This document shows, one piece after another, positions 10,369-19,737 of a stretch of DNA of 60,658 nucleotides; position 1 is the stretch's first letter, and each line of letters begins with the position of its first letter. This DNA comes from a bacterium (GTDB lineage: Bacteria > Patescibacteriota > Patescibacteriia > 2-12-FULL-60-25): positions 1 to 60,658 of the forward strand of contig JAMIEW010000040.1 in NCBI GenBank assembly GCA_035906575.1. The letters run 5' to 3'. The translations under genes were made by a program, and so were the position numbers. The notes below the pieces were generated by a model. The model ran no database searches, had not been told where the DNA came from, and saw only the letters and a list, made by a program, of their open reading frames with translations.

Positions 10369-11010
10369 TTAAGCGCGTTCGAGAACCGTGACGACGAGAT
10401 CTTCTGACGGCAAATCTTTGCGCGAGATCTTGAGTTTGTTTGCGTCATTGCGTTGGCAGACGAGTTCTTTGCAGAAAGCGTCGGCTGAACCGAGCTCTTC
10501 TTTGAGACCGTCCACGTGATAGGCCAAAGGCACCACCATGCGAGGCTCAACGCGAGCAATCGTATCAACAGCTTGCTTAGCGCTCATGCGATCACCGCCG
10601 CCAACAGGCAACAACAAGATATCGATATTACCGAGTGATGAAACTTCGTCATCGGTGAGGGCGCGATTTAATTGGCCGATAAAACCAATCGACATGCCTT
10701 CAACTTCAAAGCGATACATTAAGTGATAAGGGTATTCGTCTCCTTCTTTTTTGAGAGGCATTGCATACGCGAAAAAACCATTCACTTCGTACTCGCCTGG
10801 AGTCTTGATCGTGAACGGCGTGTTTTGAAACGCGTCCTGCGGAAAACGCTCGTCGTCTTGATGCGTAAGCGCGACGATATCTGGAGAAAGCGTTCGCGGA
10901 AAACGCAAACCGCTGTCATTCGAATAAGGATCCGTCACAAGAACAGCATCGCGATCGCCGAAGGATGCCTCGATGCGGACACAAGAGAGTCCATGCCAAT
11001 AAATCTGCAT
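10369..11010 (-). CDS. MBL-fold hydrolase-like protein (metal motif degenerate)
   Basis: MQIYWHGLSCVRIE...VLVTDPY...IVALTHQDDE resembles UPF0173/UlaG-like metallo-beta-lactamase-fold proteins, but HxHxDH is replaced by THQDDE. Start taken at the internal Met. Confidence 0.6.
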   Translation of the reverse strand: MQIYWHGLSCVRIEASFGDRDAVLVTDPYSNDSGLRFPRTLSPDIVALTHQDDERFPQDAFQNTPFTIKTPGEYEVNGFFAYAMPLKKEGDEYPYHLMYRFEVEGMSIGFIGQLNRALTDDEVSSLGNIDILLLPVGGGDRMSAKQAVDTIARVEPRMVVPLAYHVDGLKEELGSADAFCKELVCQRNDANKLKISRKDLPSEDLVVTVLERA

Positions 11011-11117
11011 AAGTAAGCAAGTATTCAACCTTAGAGGTTGGCCCTATTCTACCCGTTTTTCACGCCAAAATCGAGTCTTGCGTCAAGGGTTTCACCGTCG
11101 TGATATACTGGTGATCT

Positions 11118-11591
11118 ATGCCTTTTGAAAATCCGTTCGCGGCGGCTCTCAGCCTCCCCAAAGCACAAGCTGAAAGCTGGCAGCCACCGGTGATTTCACG
11201 CGACGAATTTGAGCTCGAATACGTTCGTTCTTCGGGCCCGGGCGGACAAAAAGTCAATAAGACCTCGAGCGCCGTCTTATTGCGCTGGCCAATTTTAACC
11301 TCAAAAGCCCTTAGAGAGGACCAAAAAGACCAATTACTCGAGAATTTGAAGAATCGCATTAACGATGAAGGTGAATTGGTATTAAAAGTTCAAGAATTAC
11401 GCTCGCAGAAGCAAAATCTTGAACGCGCCGTCGAAATCGTCCATGAACTCGTTGAAAAAGCCCTAAAACCCCAGATTGAACGCAAACCCACCAAACCGAC
11501 CCGAGGGGCCAAAGAACGCCGCATGGATGAGAAGAGCCGTCGTGGCACCCTCAAAGAGGGCCGTTTGTACAGAGCAGGGTTGGATGATTAG
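11118..11591 (+). CDS. arfB: alternative ribosome-rescue factor ArfB (peptidyl-tRNA hydrolase, RF-1 domain)
   Basis: GGQ motif in SSGPGGQKVNKTSSAV and a basic C-terminal tail. Confidence 0.85.
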   Translation: MPFENPFAAALSLPKAQAESWQPPVISRDEFELEYVRSSGPGGQKVNKTSSAVLLRWPILTSKALREDQKDQLLENLKNRINDEGELVLKVQELRSQKQNLERAVEIVHELVEKALKPQIERKPTKPTRGAKERRMDEKSRRGTLKEGRLYRAGLDD

Positions 11592-11611
11592 GTGATGGAG
11601 GTATTTAAATA

Positions 11612-11639
11612 TTGACAAATACCAAAATTACTGTAGGGT
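11612..11639 (+). promoter_or_regulatory. putative promoter
   Basis: TTGACA (11612-11617), 16-nt spacer, TAGGGT. Confidence 0.4.
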
Positions 11640-11678
11640 AGGCCTGGTTCAATACTCTCTGATTAGGTGAGATAAGAC

Positions 11679-12017
11679 ATGCGAAGTGAATTGACCGACC
11701 GTCCGAGTGCTCTTTCTGATGGGATTACCCTGCTCCTTGCACAGACCTATCCGCGTCTGCGCTTCGTAAGAAAAATTGCCGTGCTTGAAACAAGCCCTGG
11801 CCACAGCATTCCGCTTTGTAAGGATGAAGGCGACGGTAAAGCCTACCTCATCTACGGACTTCTTCAGTATATCGAGGACCGCGAAATCCTTTTTTGCCTC
11901 GTAATAGCACATGCGAAGCGACTGCAAGGCGCAACACCATCTCGTTGGCTCATCGATGCCATCGAAGATAACTATCACGAGCAGTACCAACGTCATCTCG
12001 CTGCCATCAATCCCTGA
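11679..12017 (+). CDS. hypothetical protein
   Basis: 112-aa ORF bracketed by its own promoter-like element and a strong terminator. No motif recognised. Confidence 0.5.
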   Translation: MRSELTDRPSALSDGITLLLAQTYPRLRFVRKIAVLETSPGHSIPLCKDEGDGKAYLIYGLLQYIEDREILFCLVIAHAKRLQGATPSRWLIDAIEDNYHEQYQRHLAAINP

Positions 12018-12048
12018 CCCGCACATGAACGAGTGCGGGTTATTTTTA
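12017..12048 (+). terminator. intrinsic terminator
   Basis: ACCCGCAC-atgaacga-GTGCGGGT followed by TATTTTTAT. The T-run is on the plus strand only. Confidence 0.75.
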
Positions 12049-12056
12049 TCCTTTTC

Positions 12057-13136
12057 TTAACCTCTGAGCCTCGCAACGCGCTGGGATGATTCTAAACTCT
12101 CGGCTATACGTTTACCTTGAGCATCCAGAATAGGGTGTTTTTCTTCTGCCTCCCATGCAACCGGTAACGTGATTTTAAGGATTCTTGCAACTTCTGCCTT
12201 TAGAGAGTTTTCTGCCGTGTCACTCAATCTTTGCAATTCATTTAACAAATCTCCTCGCTTCATACCGACAACATGCTCTTTCATAAATTGCGCACCACGA
12301 TCAAGTGTTAACGACTTGGTTAACAGACGTGCGTGCAATTCTAACTCCCAAGACTGTTGGTGAGCGATGATTGCTGCCATGCGTTTAAGTAATTGATCAC
12401 CCTCTGCCGCCGTTGTCCTGCTATCTACATAACGCTCCATAAGCTCTCCTGGCATATACACCGAAGTATTTATCACAGGTATCTTGCCTTCTTTTGGTAA
12501 ATCGTAGGTAGAACCTGGCTCGTCGGATTCAACATCATACCAGTAGGCATTTGCGATATCACCTGATGCCGTTCTCTGAAGGCCGCGCGCAAGCTTATAG
12601 GCGTGTTCGACCGGATCAAGCGTTCCATCCACCACCACTAATGCGCCTTCACGTTCATTCTCTTGATCAAGATAGAGTAATAAACTATCGGCACCAATGG
12701 TTTTATCGTCGATATCACAGGGATCGAATGGTACGACGTCCCCATTTGCCACGTCATAGCGCCCCTTTAAGGCACCGTCCGTTGCATACGCTTCAAGAAT
12801 GACATATTCAAGATAGCCAGACGCTTCGTGCTTATTACCAGCCGAATGCTCGATTTTTTTTCTATGATAGAGCTGGCGATCATCTTCACTGATCGTTATA
12901 CGGCCACCATTCTCTGAAGGCTTCCAGGCAATTGAACGGTTTTCTCTCCACCAACGAACGATATCCAACTGTTGTTCGCGAGTTGGGATAGGTCGTTCAT
13001 TTTTTGTTTTTGCACCCAAAGTCGTTTGCGGCAATCGCGCAGGCATCTGGGCTGGCCTTCGTTTGATGACTCCTCCCATTGCTGTAGGCATCCCTTCTGG
13101 AGCCATGAGTGGACCTTTTTCGGATGGGTTTTTCAT
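12057..13136 (-). CDS. hypothetical protein
   Basis: 359-aa ORF. No recognisable motif. Confidence 0.65.
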   Translation of the reverse strand: MKNPSEKGPLMAPEGMPTAMGGVIKRRPAQMPARLPQTTLGAKTKNERPIPTREQQLDIVRWWRENRSIAWKPSENGGRITISEDDRQLYHRKKIEHSAGNKHEASGYLEYVILEAYATDGALKGRYDVANGDVVPFDPCDIDDKTIGADSLLLYLDQENEREGALVVVDGTLDPVEHAYKLARGLQRTASGDIANAYWYDVESDEPGSTYDLPKEGKIPVINTSVYMPGELMERYVDSRTTAAEGDQLLKRMAAIIAHQQSWELELHARLLTKSLTLDRGAQFMKEHVVGMKRGDLLNELQRLSDTAENSLKAEVARILKITLPVAWEAEEKHPILDAQGKRIAESLESSQRVARLRG

Positions 13137-13171
13137 ACGTTGTTAAGCGAAATAGTACCACATTCATATTA

Positions 13172-13214
13172 TGTCAACAATAGACTTGACATAATTGACA
13201 TATTCTGCTAGCGT
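13172..13214. promoter_or_regulatory. divergent promoter region with three TTGACA hexamers
   Basis: TGTCAA (13172-13177, minus-strand -35), TTGACA (13186-13191) and TTGACA (13195-13200). Plus-strand -10 is TAGCGT at 13209-13214 after a 17-nt spacer. Confidence 0.4.
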
Positions 13215-13325
13215 TCTGCTGCCGTGATAGCCAAACCCTTGATGAGCCTTTCTTCTTTCATTCTGACCATGCCTGAGAATGAATGATGAGAGGCCCACCA
13301 ACCACCGGGTCTCCAGGAGTTACAC

Positions 13326-13808
13326 ATGGAAAAGCTCATCAGTGAGAGTGTTTCGTCCCTCAAGACCCTTCTGACCGGCTTCGGCCGCAACGAAGAAGCG
13401 CGCAAGCGCTATCTGAAAGAGCGGCAGCGGTTCATCCGCGAGCTCAATCAGAGTGGGATCTTTCCTCCCCGCGAACTGCTCGAGCGCGGCACGCTGCACG
13501 AGATCCAGGCATGGGCCACGGCCCGGTTGGATGACGCGAAGTTCGTGGCCCGCCTCAAGCGGTGGCACGACAACGCGGAGGCGTGGAAGGAGCTCGTCGC
13601 TCTTCTGCGCAAGGTGAACGCCCTCGAGGACGAGAATGGCCAACCGCGCACAACGCTGCGGTGTGGACGTGACTCGGAGGCTCAGCACCTGGCACGAGCG
13701 AAGGAGTTCTTGACCGACCGCGAGCGAACCCTCATGGGAGCTCACGGATTTCGCACCAAGCTCGGCAGCTTGCTGAACAAGCAAGAAGTCGCGCCCACGT
13801 GGGAATAG
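13326..13808 (+). CDS. hypothetical protein (GC-rich island B, gene 1)
   Basis: 160 aa. AGGAG SD 6 nt upstream of the ATG. G/C at most third codon positions in this frame. The overlapping antisense ORF 13320-13979 is judged spurious. Confidence 0.7.
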   Translation: MEKLISESVSSLKTLLTGFGRNEEARKRYLKERQRFIRELNQSGIFPPRELLERGTLHEIQAWATARLDDAKFVARLKRWHDNAEAWKELVALLRKVNALEDENGQPRTTLRCGRDSEAQHLARAKEFLTDRERTLMGAHGFRTKLGSLLNKQEVAPTWE

Positions 13809-13878
13809 CGTAACGGGTTGTGGGTCCCCGAAATGACTCACGCATCGTTTAACAACCTCAACCTTAGGAGAGCCTTCA

Positions 13879-14253
13879 ATGGAATCGCACGTTCGTTCTT
13901 TGGCAAAGTTTCTGGTGGAGTCCGAGCGCACCGAGGCGATCGTCACCTTGTCGGTGGCGCTGACTCTGAGCGCCGTCATCTTTGGAGCCTATGCTCTCAC
14001 GGGTGACCATTCGTTCGCTGGACTCTCACTGGTATTGGCTGGCCTCGGTACGTACAGCTTTGGGTATAAAAACCTGAAGACGGCTTATCAAGAGGAACGC
14101 GCAGGTATGAAATCGCCTCGCTACAGCTGGTGCCTGCTCGTCTGCATCGTCGGTGTTGCTGTGGCCTACACGGGGGTCTCCCTGCTCAGCCATCTTGGCA
14201 CCGATCATCTTCTCACAACCTTTACCAAGCTGGCGACTCGCCGGCTTTTTTGA
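13879..14253 (+). CDS. hypothetical multi-pass membrane protein (island B, gene 2)
   Basis: 124 aa. TAGGAG SD 8 nt upstream. Three to four hydrophobic spans. Confidence 0.7.
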   Translation: MESHVRSLAKFLVESERTEAIVTLSVALTLSAVIFGAYALTGDHSFAGLSLVLAGLGTYSFGYKNLKTAYQEERAGMKSPRYSWCLLVCIVGVAVAYTGVSLLSHLGTDHLLTTFTKLATRRLF

Positions 14254-14266
14254 TTCTTCGTTTTTT

Positions 14267-14740
14267 CTATTTTGTCTTTATGGTCGAACCAGCAATCGCA
14301 ATCGCTAACGCATCAGCCGCATCATCTGGCTCTGGGATCTCTTTCAATTTCAATAAACGTTTTACCATTTCTTGGATCTGTTCTTTTTTTGCTGCACCGT
14401 AACCTGTTGTTGCCTGCTTTACTTGGTTTGGCGTGAGTTCAACGAGCGGGATACCTGCATCCGCGATGGCGAGCAAGATCACTCCCCTCCCCATCCCGAC
14501 ATTGATTGCGGTCTTTGCATTATTTGAAAAAAAGAGATGCTCAACAACCACGACATCAGGCTTCGCTTTTTTGATAATGCGTTCAACGCCGTCACGCGTC
14601 TCTTGAAGGCGTTTTGTAAAAACATCTTTTGATGATGTTTGGATGCAGCCGTGACCCATCCAACGAAACTCATTTTTCACGACTTCAATCACACCCCAGC
14701 CCGTGCGGTCAAAACCTGGATCGATGCCGAGAATGCGCAT
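14267..14740 (-). CDS. ruvC: crossover junction endodeoxyribonuclease RuvC
   Basis: MRILGIDPGFDRTGWGVIE N-terminus. Start taken at the internal Met of ORF 14267-14779. Confidence 0.9.
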   Translation of the reverse strand: MRILGIDPGFDRTGWGVIEVVKNEFRWMGHGCIQTSSKDVFTKRLQETRDGVERIIKKAKPDVVVVEHLFFSNNAKTAINVGMGRGVILLAIADAGIPLVELTPNQVKQATTGYGAAKKEQIQEMVKRLLKLKEIPEPDDAADALAIAIAGSTIKTK

Positions 14741-15091
14741 AACTCGCTTAAGGCTAGTGGATGCAAGAACCTTGGTCAATTCGCTAGCGCTTGGCAGAGC
14801 AGGATATTTACCCTAAGGTGGCCGAGCCAAACCACCGGCAGAAAGGAGGAGGTATAAAAACTCAACGGTTCTCTGGGCATAATCCATGCCAGAAACGATG
14901 GTTTCTACGCCCTGTCGCGCATTGCGTGGCTGGAGCGTAGCGATCTATCATGCGTCAGAGCGCGTACCGATGAGCAGGATGAACCTTATCCAGCACCAAT
15001 CGATGTCTCGCCCTTACCAAGTGAGACTCGTCATAAAACGCTAAGGAGCATGTCCTCCTTCTGGCCATTGCAGAGATCTTGCTGCACTGGC

Positions 15092-15607
15092 CTATTTAAT
15101 TTCATCCGTTTTAAATCCAATCTCATTGGTTTTTTCTTTAACCGTAATAACTTCGCGTAAGGCATCAAAAACAATTTTGAAATTTTCATCGAAGCGCTTT
15201 TCTAGATCTTCGAGTTTGTAGTGAAGTTCTTGTTGGCTTAACAAGAATTCACGCGCCCGCACAAAGGCGCGCATAATTTCGATATTCACCTTTACAGCCC
15301 GCTCGCTGCGTAAGACCGATGAGAGCATGGCGATACCTTGTTCGGTGAACAGAATAGTGGCATATCTCCTTCCTCCGTATTGCTTTAAACTTGAGGTCAC
15401 AATTTGTGACCTCAAGTTTTGACGCTCAACTAAGCAAATAAAATCATCTGGGAATCGGTCTTTGTTGCGTTTAACAGCTTGATTGAGCTGTTTTGTTGTA
15501 ACTCCATAAAGATGAGCTAAATCAGCGTCTAACATGACTTTTTTGCCATTGAATTCGTAGATCTTTGAAAGGATTTCCGCCGTAATTGGAGTTAGCTCGT
15601 AATGCAT
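15092..15607 (-). CDS. ORF6N-domain (KilA-N-like) DNA-binding protein
   Basis: LAHLYGVTTKQLNQAVKRNKDRFPDDFICLV is characteristic of ORF6N domains. Contains a 33-nt perfect palindrome at 15387-15419. Confidence 0.8.
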   Translation of the reverse strand: MHYELTPITAEILSKIYEFNGKKVMLDADLAHLYGVTTKQLNQAVKRNKDRFPDDFICLVERQNLRSQIVTSSLKQYGGRRYATILFTEQGIAMLSSVLRSERAVKVNIEIMRAFVRAREFLLSQQELHYKLEDLEKRFDENFKIVFDALREVITVKEKTNEIGFKTDEIK

Positions 15608-15658
15608 ATCTCTACCCCGTTCCATAATTTAAGCCACGATGTCAAGATATTTGTCGTT

Positions 15659-15679
15659 GAAGTCACAAATTGTGACTTC
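15659..15679. promoter_or_regulatory. palindromic operator-like site upstream of the ORF6N gene
   Basis: GAAGTCACAA-A-TTGTGACTTC has perfect 10-bp arms. It shares the core GTCACAA-n-TTGTGAC with the intragenic palindrome. Confidence 0.4.
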
Positions 15680-15680
15680 A

Positions 15681-15716
15681 AAAAACACCCCGACGTTACG
15701 TCGGGGTGTTTTTTGT
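15681..15716. terminator. bidirectional intrinsic terminator (ends rpoC)
   Basis: AACACCCCGACG-ttac-GTCGGGGTGTT flanked by A5 and T6. Confidence 0.8.
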
Positions 15717-15724
15717 GATTTGGC

Positions 15725-18700
15725 CTAAGCCTCGTCTTTTACTTCTTCTTTTTCTTTTTCAACCTTGGTCATTGGGTCAGCGACATCTTCTGCAGGCGTG
15801 GCTGGGTTTGGAGCTGGTTCATCACCAGAGAGATCCGCACCGAAACCGGTACCAGCAGGAGTGAGGCGACCGATGATGACGTTTTCTTTGAGACCCTCGA
15901 GACGATCGATCTTACCATTAACGGCAGCGTCGATAAGCACACGAGCGGTTTCCATAAACGAAGCAGCAGACAAGAAGGATTCGGTCGAGAGAGCCACCTT
16001 AGTGATACCCATAAACAATGGGCGGAAGGTAGCAACCTCACCTTTACCGAGTTCAAGAATACGCTTGTTTTCTGTCTCAACGCGATAACGGTCAACGATT
16101 TGTCCCGGCAAGAGTTCGGTATCACCGGCGTCTTTAACGAGAACACGCAAGAACATTTGGCGAATGATCACCTCGATGTGTTTTGCGTTCAACTTCTGAC
16201 CTTGCGATGCATAGATAGCGAGAACCTCTTTGAGAAGGTAACGCATAACGGCGTCTTGGTCGCGAAGTCTGAAAAGCTCTTGAAGTTCATATTGACCTTC
16301 GGTGAGCACGTGACCGACTTCAACTTCTTGGCCGTCTTTGACGAAGATCGAGTAGCCAGAAGGCACTTCTGCCTCCCAAGCACTGGTCGCGTCATAGACA
16401 TAGCGCAATTTGTTTTTGACGATCGTGACATGACCCTTGTGAGGAGCGACGATTTCTTCGCCGCTAGCCTTCACGATCAACATCGCGCCTTCTTTCACCT
16501 TTTGACCATCCTCAACTTTGACGATGTCTTTTTTAGTGAAGGTGAACGTCTGTTCGTTTTCGGCTTTGTAGTCGATGACGAGCGTACGTGTTGCTGAAGC
16601 GTTGTCGACAAGTTTTTCGCCCTTTGCCGTACGAAGCTCGCGCTTCTCGCCTTCAACGATACGCACCTTACCGGCAACTTCAGCGAAGATCGCTTTGCGC
16701 TTTGGGATACGTGCTTCGAACAATTCTTCAACACGAGGCAAACCCTGGGTAATATCCGCTGCTGCGACACCACCAGAGTGGAAGGTACGCATGGTGAGCT
16801 GAGTACCAGGTTCACCAATCGATTGTGCAGCGACGATACCAACGGCGGTACCGAGTTTGACCATTTGGTTGTACGCGAGGTCATAACCATAACAGTTCTG
16901 ACACAAACCGCGCTTCAACTTACACGTCATAACCGAGCGCACGTTCGCTTCGAGAATCTCTTTACCAACGAGGGTTTTGACGTGATCTTCGAGAATAAGC
17001 GTGCCCTTTTTCAAGAGGGTGTTCTTCTCAGCGTCTTTCAAGTCTTTGACGAGAACGCGGCCGAGCAAACGCGTAAGCATTGGTTCACCGATTTCTTCAC
17101 ATTCTTCATGCGTTATGATTACGCCTTCAGTGTCACCACATTCTTCGGCGTTAATAATGACATCTTGTGCCACATCAACGAGACGGCGAGTGAGATAACC
17201 AGCGTTCGCGGTACGAAGAGCGGTATCGGTTAAACCTTTACGTGTACCGTGAGACGAGATGAAGTACTCAAGAACGTCGAGACCTTCACGGAAGGATGAA
17301 CGAATAGGAAGCTCGATAATGTCACCGGATGGACTTGAAACGAGACCCTTCATACCTACCACGTTGGTAAGCTGAGAGACCGAACCACGAGCACCCGAAT
17401 CCATCATGGCGAACACCGCACCTTCTTTGTCGAGCGAGTCTCGCGACATGCGCTGCAACTGGTCACGAACGTCTGACCAAATACGAATGATCTGGTTATA
17501 ACGTTCTTTTTTGGTGAGAAGACCTTCTTTGTACTGGTCTTCGATTTCTTCGACCTTATCATCACCACGCTGAAGAATTTCATCTTTAGGAAGTGCAGGA
17601 AGGTCACCCATGCCGTACGAGAAACCGGACTTGGTGATGTACAAGAAGCCCATGGCTTTTACTTCATCCAAGAAACGGGCCGTACGTTCAAAGCCGCGAA
17701 GCTCGATGGTTTGGCGCACGATTTCACCAAGTTGCTTGGTACCGATTACTTCGTTCTTGAAGCCAATTTCTTTTGGAAAGAGTTCATTCAAGAGCACGCG
17801 ACCGATATTGGTTTCGATTACAGGCTCACCTTGCTTCACGCGCACCTTGATGGTCTCGCGGATATAGAGCTTACCGGTATTGAAGAGATATTTTGCTTCT
17901 TCTACCGAACCAAAGGTTTTCATCTTGCCATCTACTGGAGGCAACGAAGTTGTCATGTAGTAGGCACCCCAAGCGATATCCTTATCAGGTTTTGCCACTG
18001 GCTGACCGGTAGCAGGCTTGAGAAGGTTCTTGGTCGAAAGCATGAGGTTCTTTGCCTCCCAACGCGCTTCTTCGGTAAGTGGGATGTGAACAGCCATTTG
18101 GTCACCATCAAAGTCGGCGTTAAAGGCCGGACAGACCATTGGATGGATCTGAATCGCTTTACCTTCAATGAGCTTTGGTTGGAAACCCTGGATACCGAGA
18201 CGGTGAAGGGTTGGTGCGCGGTTCAAGAGAACGACGGCGTCTTCAGCGATGCGCTCAAGAATGTCCCAAACTTCGGCGTGATCGGCTTCGATATAACGGT
18301 TGGCCGAGCGGATATTGTGAACAAGCTCGCGCTTAATAAGTTCAGCAATAATGAATGGCTTGAAGAGCTCAAGCGCCATGGTCTTTGGAAGACCGCACTG
18401 GTGCAATTCAAGATTTGGACCAACGACGATAACCGAACGACCAGAGTAGTCGATACGCTTACCAAGTAAGTTCTGACGGAAGCGACCCTGCTTACCCTTG
18501 AGAATATCCGCAAGAGATTTGAGTTGGCGCTTTTTGCCGGTTGGCGCCGTTACGGCTTTTGCCGAGCGAGCACTATTGTCGATGAGCGAATCAACGGCTT
18601 CTTGCAACATGCGCTTTTCGTTGCGCACGATGACTTCTGGCGCATTGAGTTCGAGCAAACGCTTTAAGCGGTTATTGCGATTGATTACGCGGCGATAGAG

Positions 18701-19714
18701 ATCATTAAGATCTGATGTCGCGAAGCGTCCACCATCGAGAGCCACCATCGGACGAAGGTCTGGTGGGATGACAGGAAGCACTTTGAGCACCATCCAAGAT
18801 GGGTCGATTTCGTTTTGGACGAGAGAGCGCAAGAGCTTTAAGCGGCGCGTGAGTTTGTCATGCTTTGCTTCAGAAGCGTCTTTCAAGCTTTCGCTCAAAT
18901 TGTTGACCGTTGCCTGAAGATCGATCGAGCGCAAAAGCTGGTCAACAGCTTCAGAACCGATTTTTGCTTCAAAGACGTGACCGTATTTGAGCGAGAGTTC
19001 GTGGTATTCGGTTTCAGAGAGAATCTTGAGAGGCTTGAGATCTTTGAGTTCTTTATCTGCAACTTCAAAGTCTGCATCAAGCTCTTCGAGACGGCGCGTT
19101 TTTTCTTCTTCGGCCTTGTCCATCTCTTTATTGAGTTTGCCGGCATCCCAATTTTGTTCGGTTGCCTGCTTCTGAAGACGTTCGCGGTTGCGGTCGCCTT
19201 CAGATTCAATACCTTTGCGTTTACCCTTATATTCGGTGCGAACCATCTCGACGGTTTGCTCGCGAAGTTGTTCATCGACCGCGGTGATGATGAAAACCGT
19301 GAAGTAAATCACTTTTTCAAGCGACTGAATGGACATGTCGAGCACCATGCCGATTTTGGATGGCACGGAGCGCAAGAACCAAATATGTGTCACAGGAGCA
19401 GCAAGCTCGATGTGGCCCATGCGCTCACGGCGAACAAGTGAGTGCGTCACTTCGACGCCACACTTGTCACAGATAATGCCTTTGTAACGGATCTTCTTAT
19501 ATTTGCCGCAATAACACTCCCAGTCTTTTGACGGACCAAAAATTTCTTCGGCAAACAAACCGCTCTTTTCAGGTTTTTGGGTACGGTAGTTAATGGTCTC
19601 CGGCTTGGTGACTTCACCATAAGACCAGCCGCGGATCACCTCAGGAGAGGCGACGCGCAAGCGGATAGAATCAAAGTCCGTGGACTTGATATGTTCCGTG
19701 TGGAAATAGGCCAT
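15725..19714 (-). CDS. rpoC: DNA-directed RNA polymerase subunit beta'
   Basis: 1329 aa. NADFDGDQMAVH catalytic motif and zinc-finger cysteines CYCGKYKKIRYKGIICDKCG. Confidence 0.98.
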   Translation of the reverse strand: MAYFHTEHIKSTDFDSIRLRVASPEVIRGWSYGEVTKPETINYRTQKPEKSGLFAEEIFGPSKDWECYCGKYKKIRYKGIICDKCGVEVTHSLVRRERMGHIELAAPVTHIWFLRSVPSKIGMVLDMSIQSLEKVIYFTVFIITAVDEQLREQTVEMVRTEYKGKRKGIESEGDRNRERLQKQATEQNWDAGKLNKEMDKAEEEKTRRLEELDADFEVADKELKDLKPLKILSETEYHELSLKYGHVFEAKIGSEAVDQLLRSIDLQATVNNLSESLKDASEAKHDKLTRRLKLLRSLVQNEIDPSWMVLKVLPVIPPDLRPMVALDGGRFATSDLNDLYRRVINRNNRLKRLLELNAPEVIVRNEKRMLQEAVDSLIDNSARSAKAVTAPTGKKRQLKSLADILKGKQGRFRQNLLGKRIDYSGRSVIVVGPNLELHQCGLPKTMALELFKPFIIAELIKRELVHNIRSANRYIEADHAEVWDILERIAEDAVVLLNRAPTLHRLGIQGFQPKLIEGKAIQIHPMVCPAFNADFDGDQMAVHIPLTEEARWEAKNLMLSTKNLLKPATGQPVAKPDKDIAWGAYYMTTSLPPVDGKMKTFGSVEEAKYLFNTGKLYIRETIKVRVKQGEPVIETNIGRVLLNELFPKEIGFKNEVIGTKQLGEIVRQTIELRGFERTARFLDEVKAMGFLYITKSGFSYGMGDLPALPKDEILQRGDDKVEEIEDQYKEGLLTKKERYNQIIRIWSDVRDQLQRMSRDSLDKEGAVFAMMDSGARGSVSQLTNVVGMKGLVSSPSGDIIELPIRSSFREGLDVLEYFISSHGTRKGLTDTALRTANAGYLTRRLVDVAQDVIINAEECGDTEGVIITHEECEEIGEPMLTRLLGRVLVKDLKDAEKNTLLKKGTLILEDHVKTLVGKEILEANVRSVMTCKLKRGLCQNCYGYDLAYNQMVKLGTAVGIVAAQSIGEPGTQLTMRTFHSGGVAAADITQGLPRVEELFEARIPKRKAIFAEVAGKVRIVEGEKRELRTAKGEKLVDNASATRTLVIDYKAENEQTFTFTKKDIVKVEDGQKVKEGAMLIVKASGEEIVAPHKGHVTIVKNKLRYVYDATSAWEAEVPSGYSIFVKDGQEVEVGHVLTEGQYELQELFRLRDQDAVMRYLLKEVLAIYASQGQKLNAKHIEVIIRQMFLRVLVKDAGDTELLPGQIVDRYRVETENKRILELGKGEVATFRPLFMGITKVALSTESFLSAASFMETARVLIDAAVNGKIDRLEGLKENVIIGRLTPAGTGFGADLSGDEPAPNPATPAEDVADPMTKVEKEKEEVKDEA

Positions 19715-19737
19715 ACGTTGTGGTCGGTAATGGTGAG

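Noticed and set aside
14886-15056. 56-codon ORF (MPETMVSTPCRALRGW...) in the structured intergenic region.
   Set aside because: It has no SD, and no compositional periodicity is visible. It overlaps multiple predicted hairpins and is below usual size thresholds.
14780-15091. RNase P RNA, tmRNA, SRP RNA or 6S RNA in the ORF6N-ruvC gap. Strings like AAGGAGGACATGCTCC, GGTAAGGGCGAGAC and CAGAGAACCGTTGAG loosely recall RNase P.
   Set aside because: The universally conserved GAGGAAAGUCC / ACAGAA-CCGGCUUA P4 pairing cannot be formed. There is no tRNA-like end or tag frame for tmRNA, and no SRP domain IV. The length and structure do not fit. It is kept only as an unclassified structured region.
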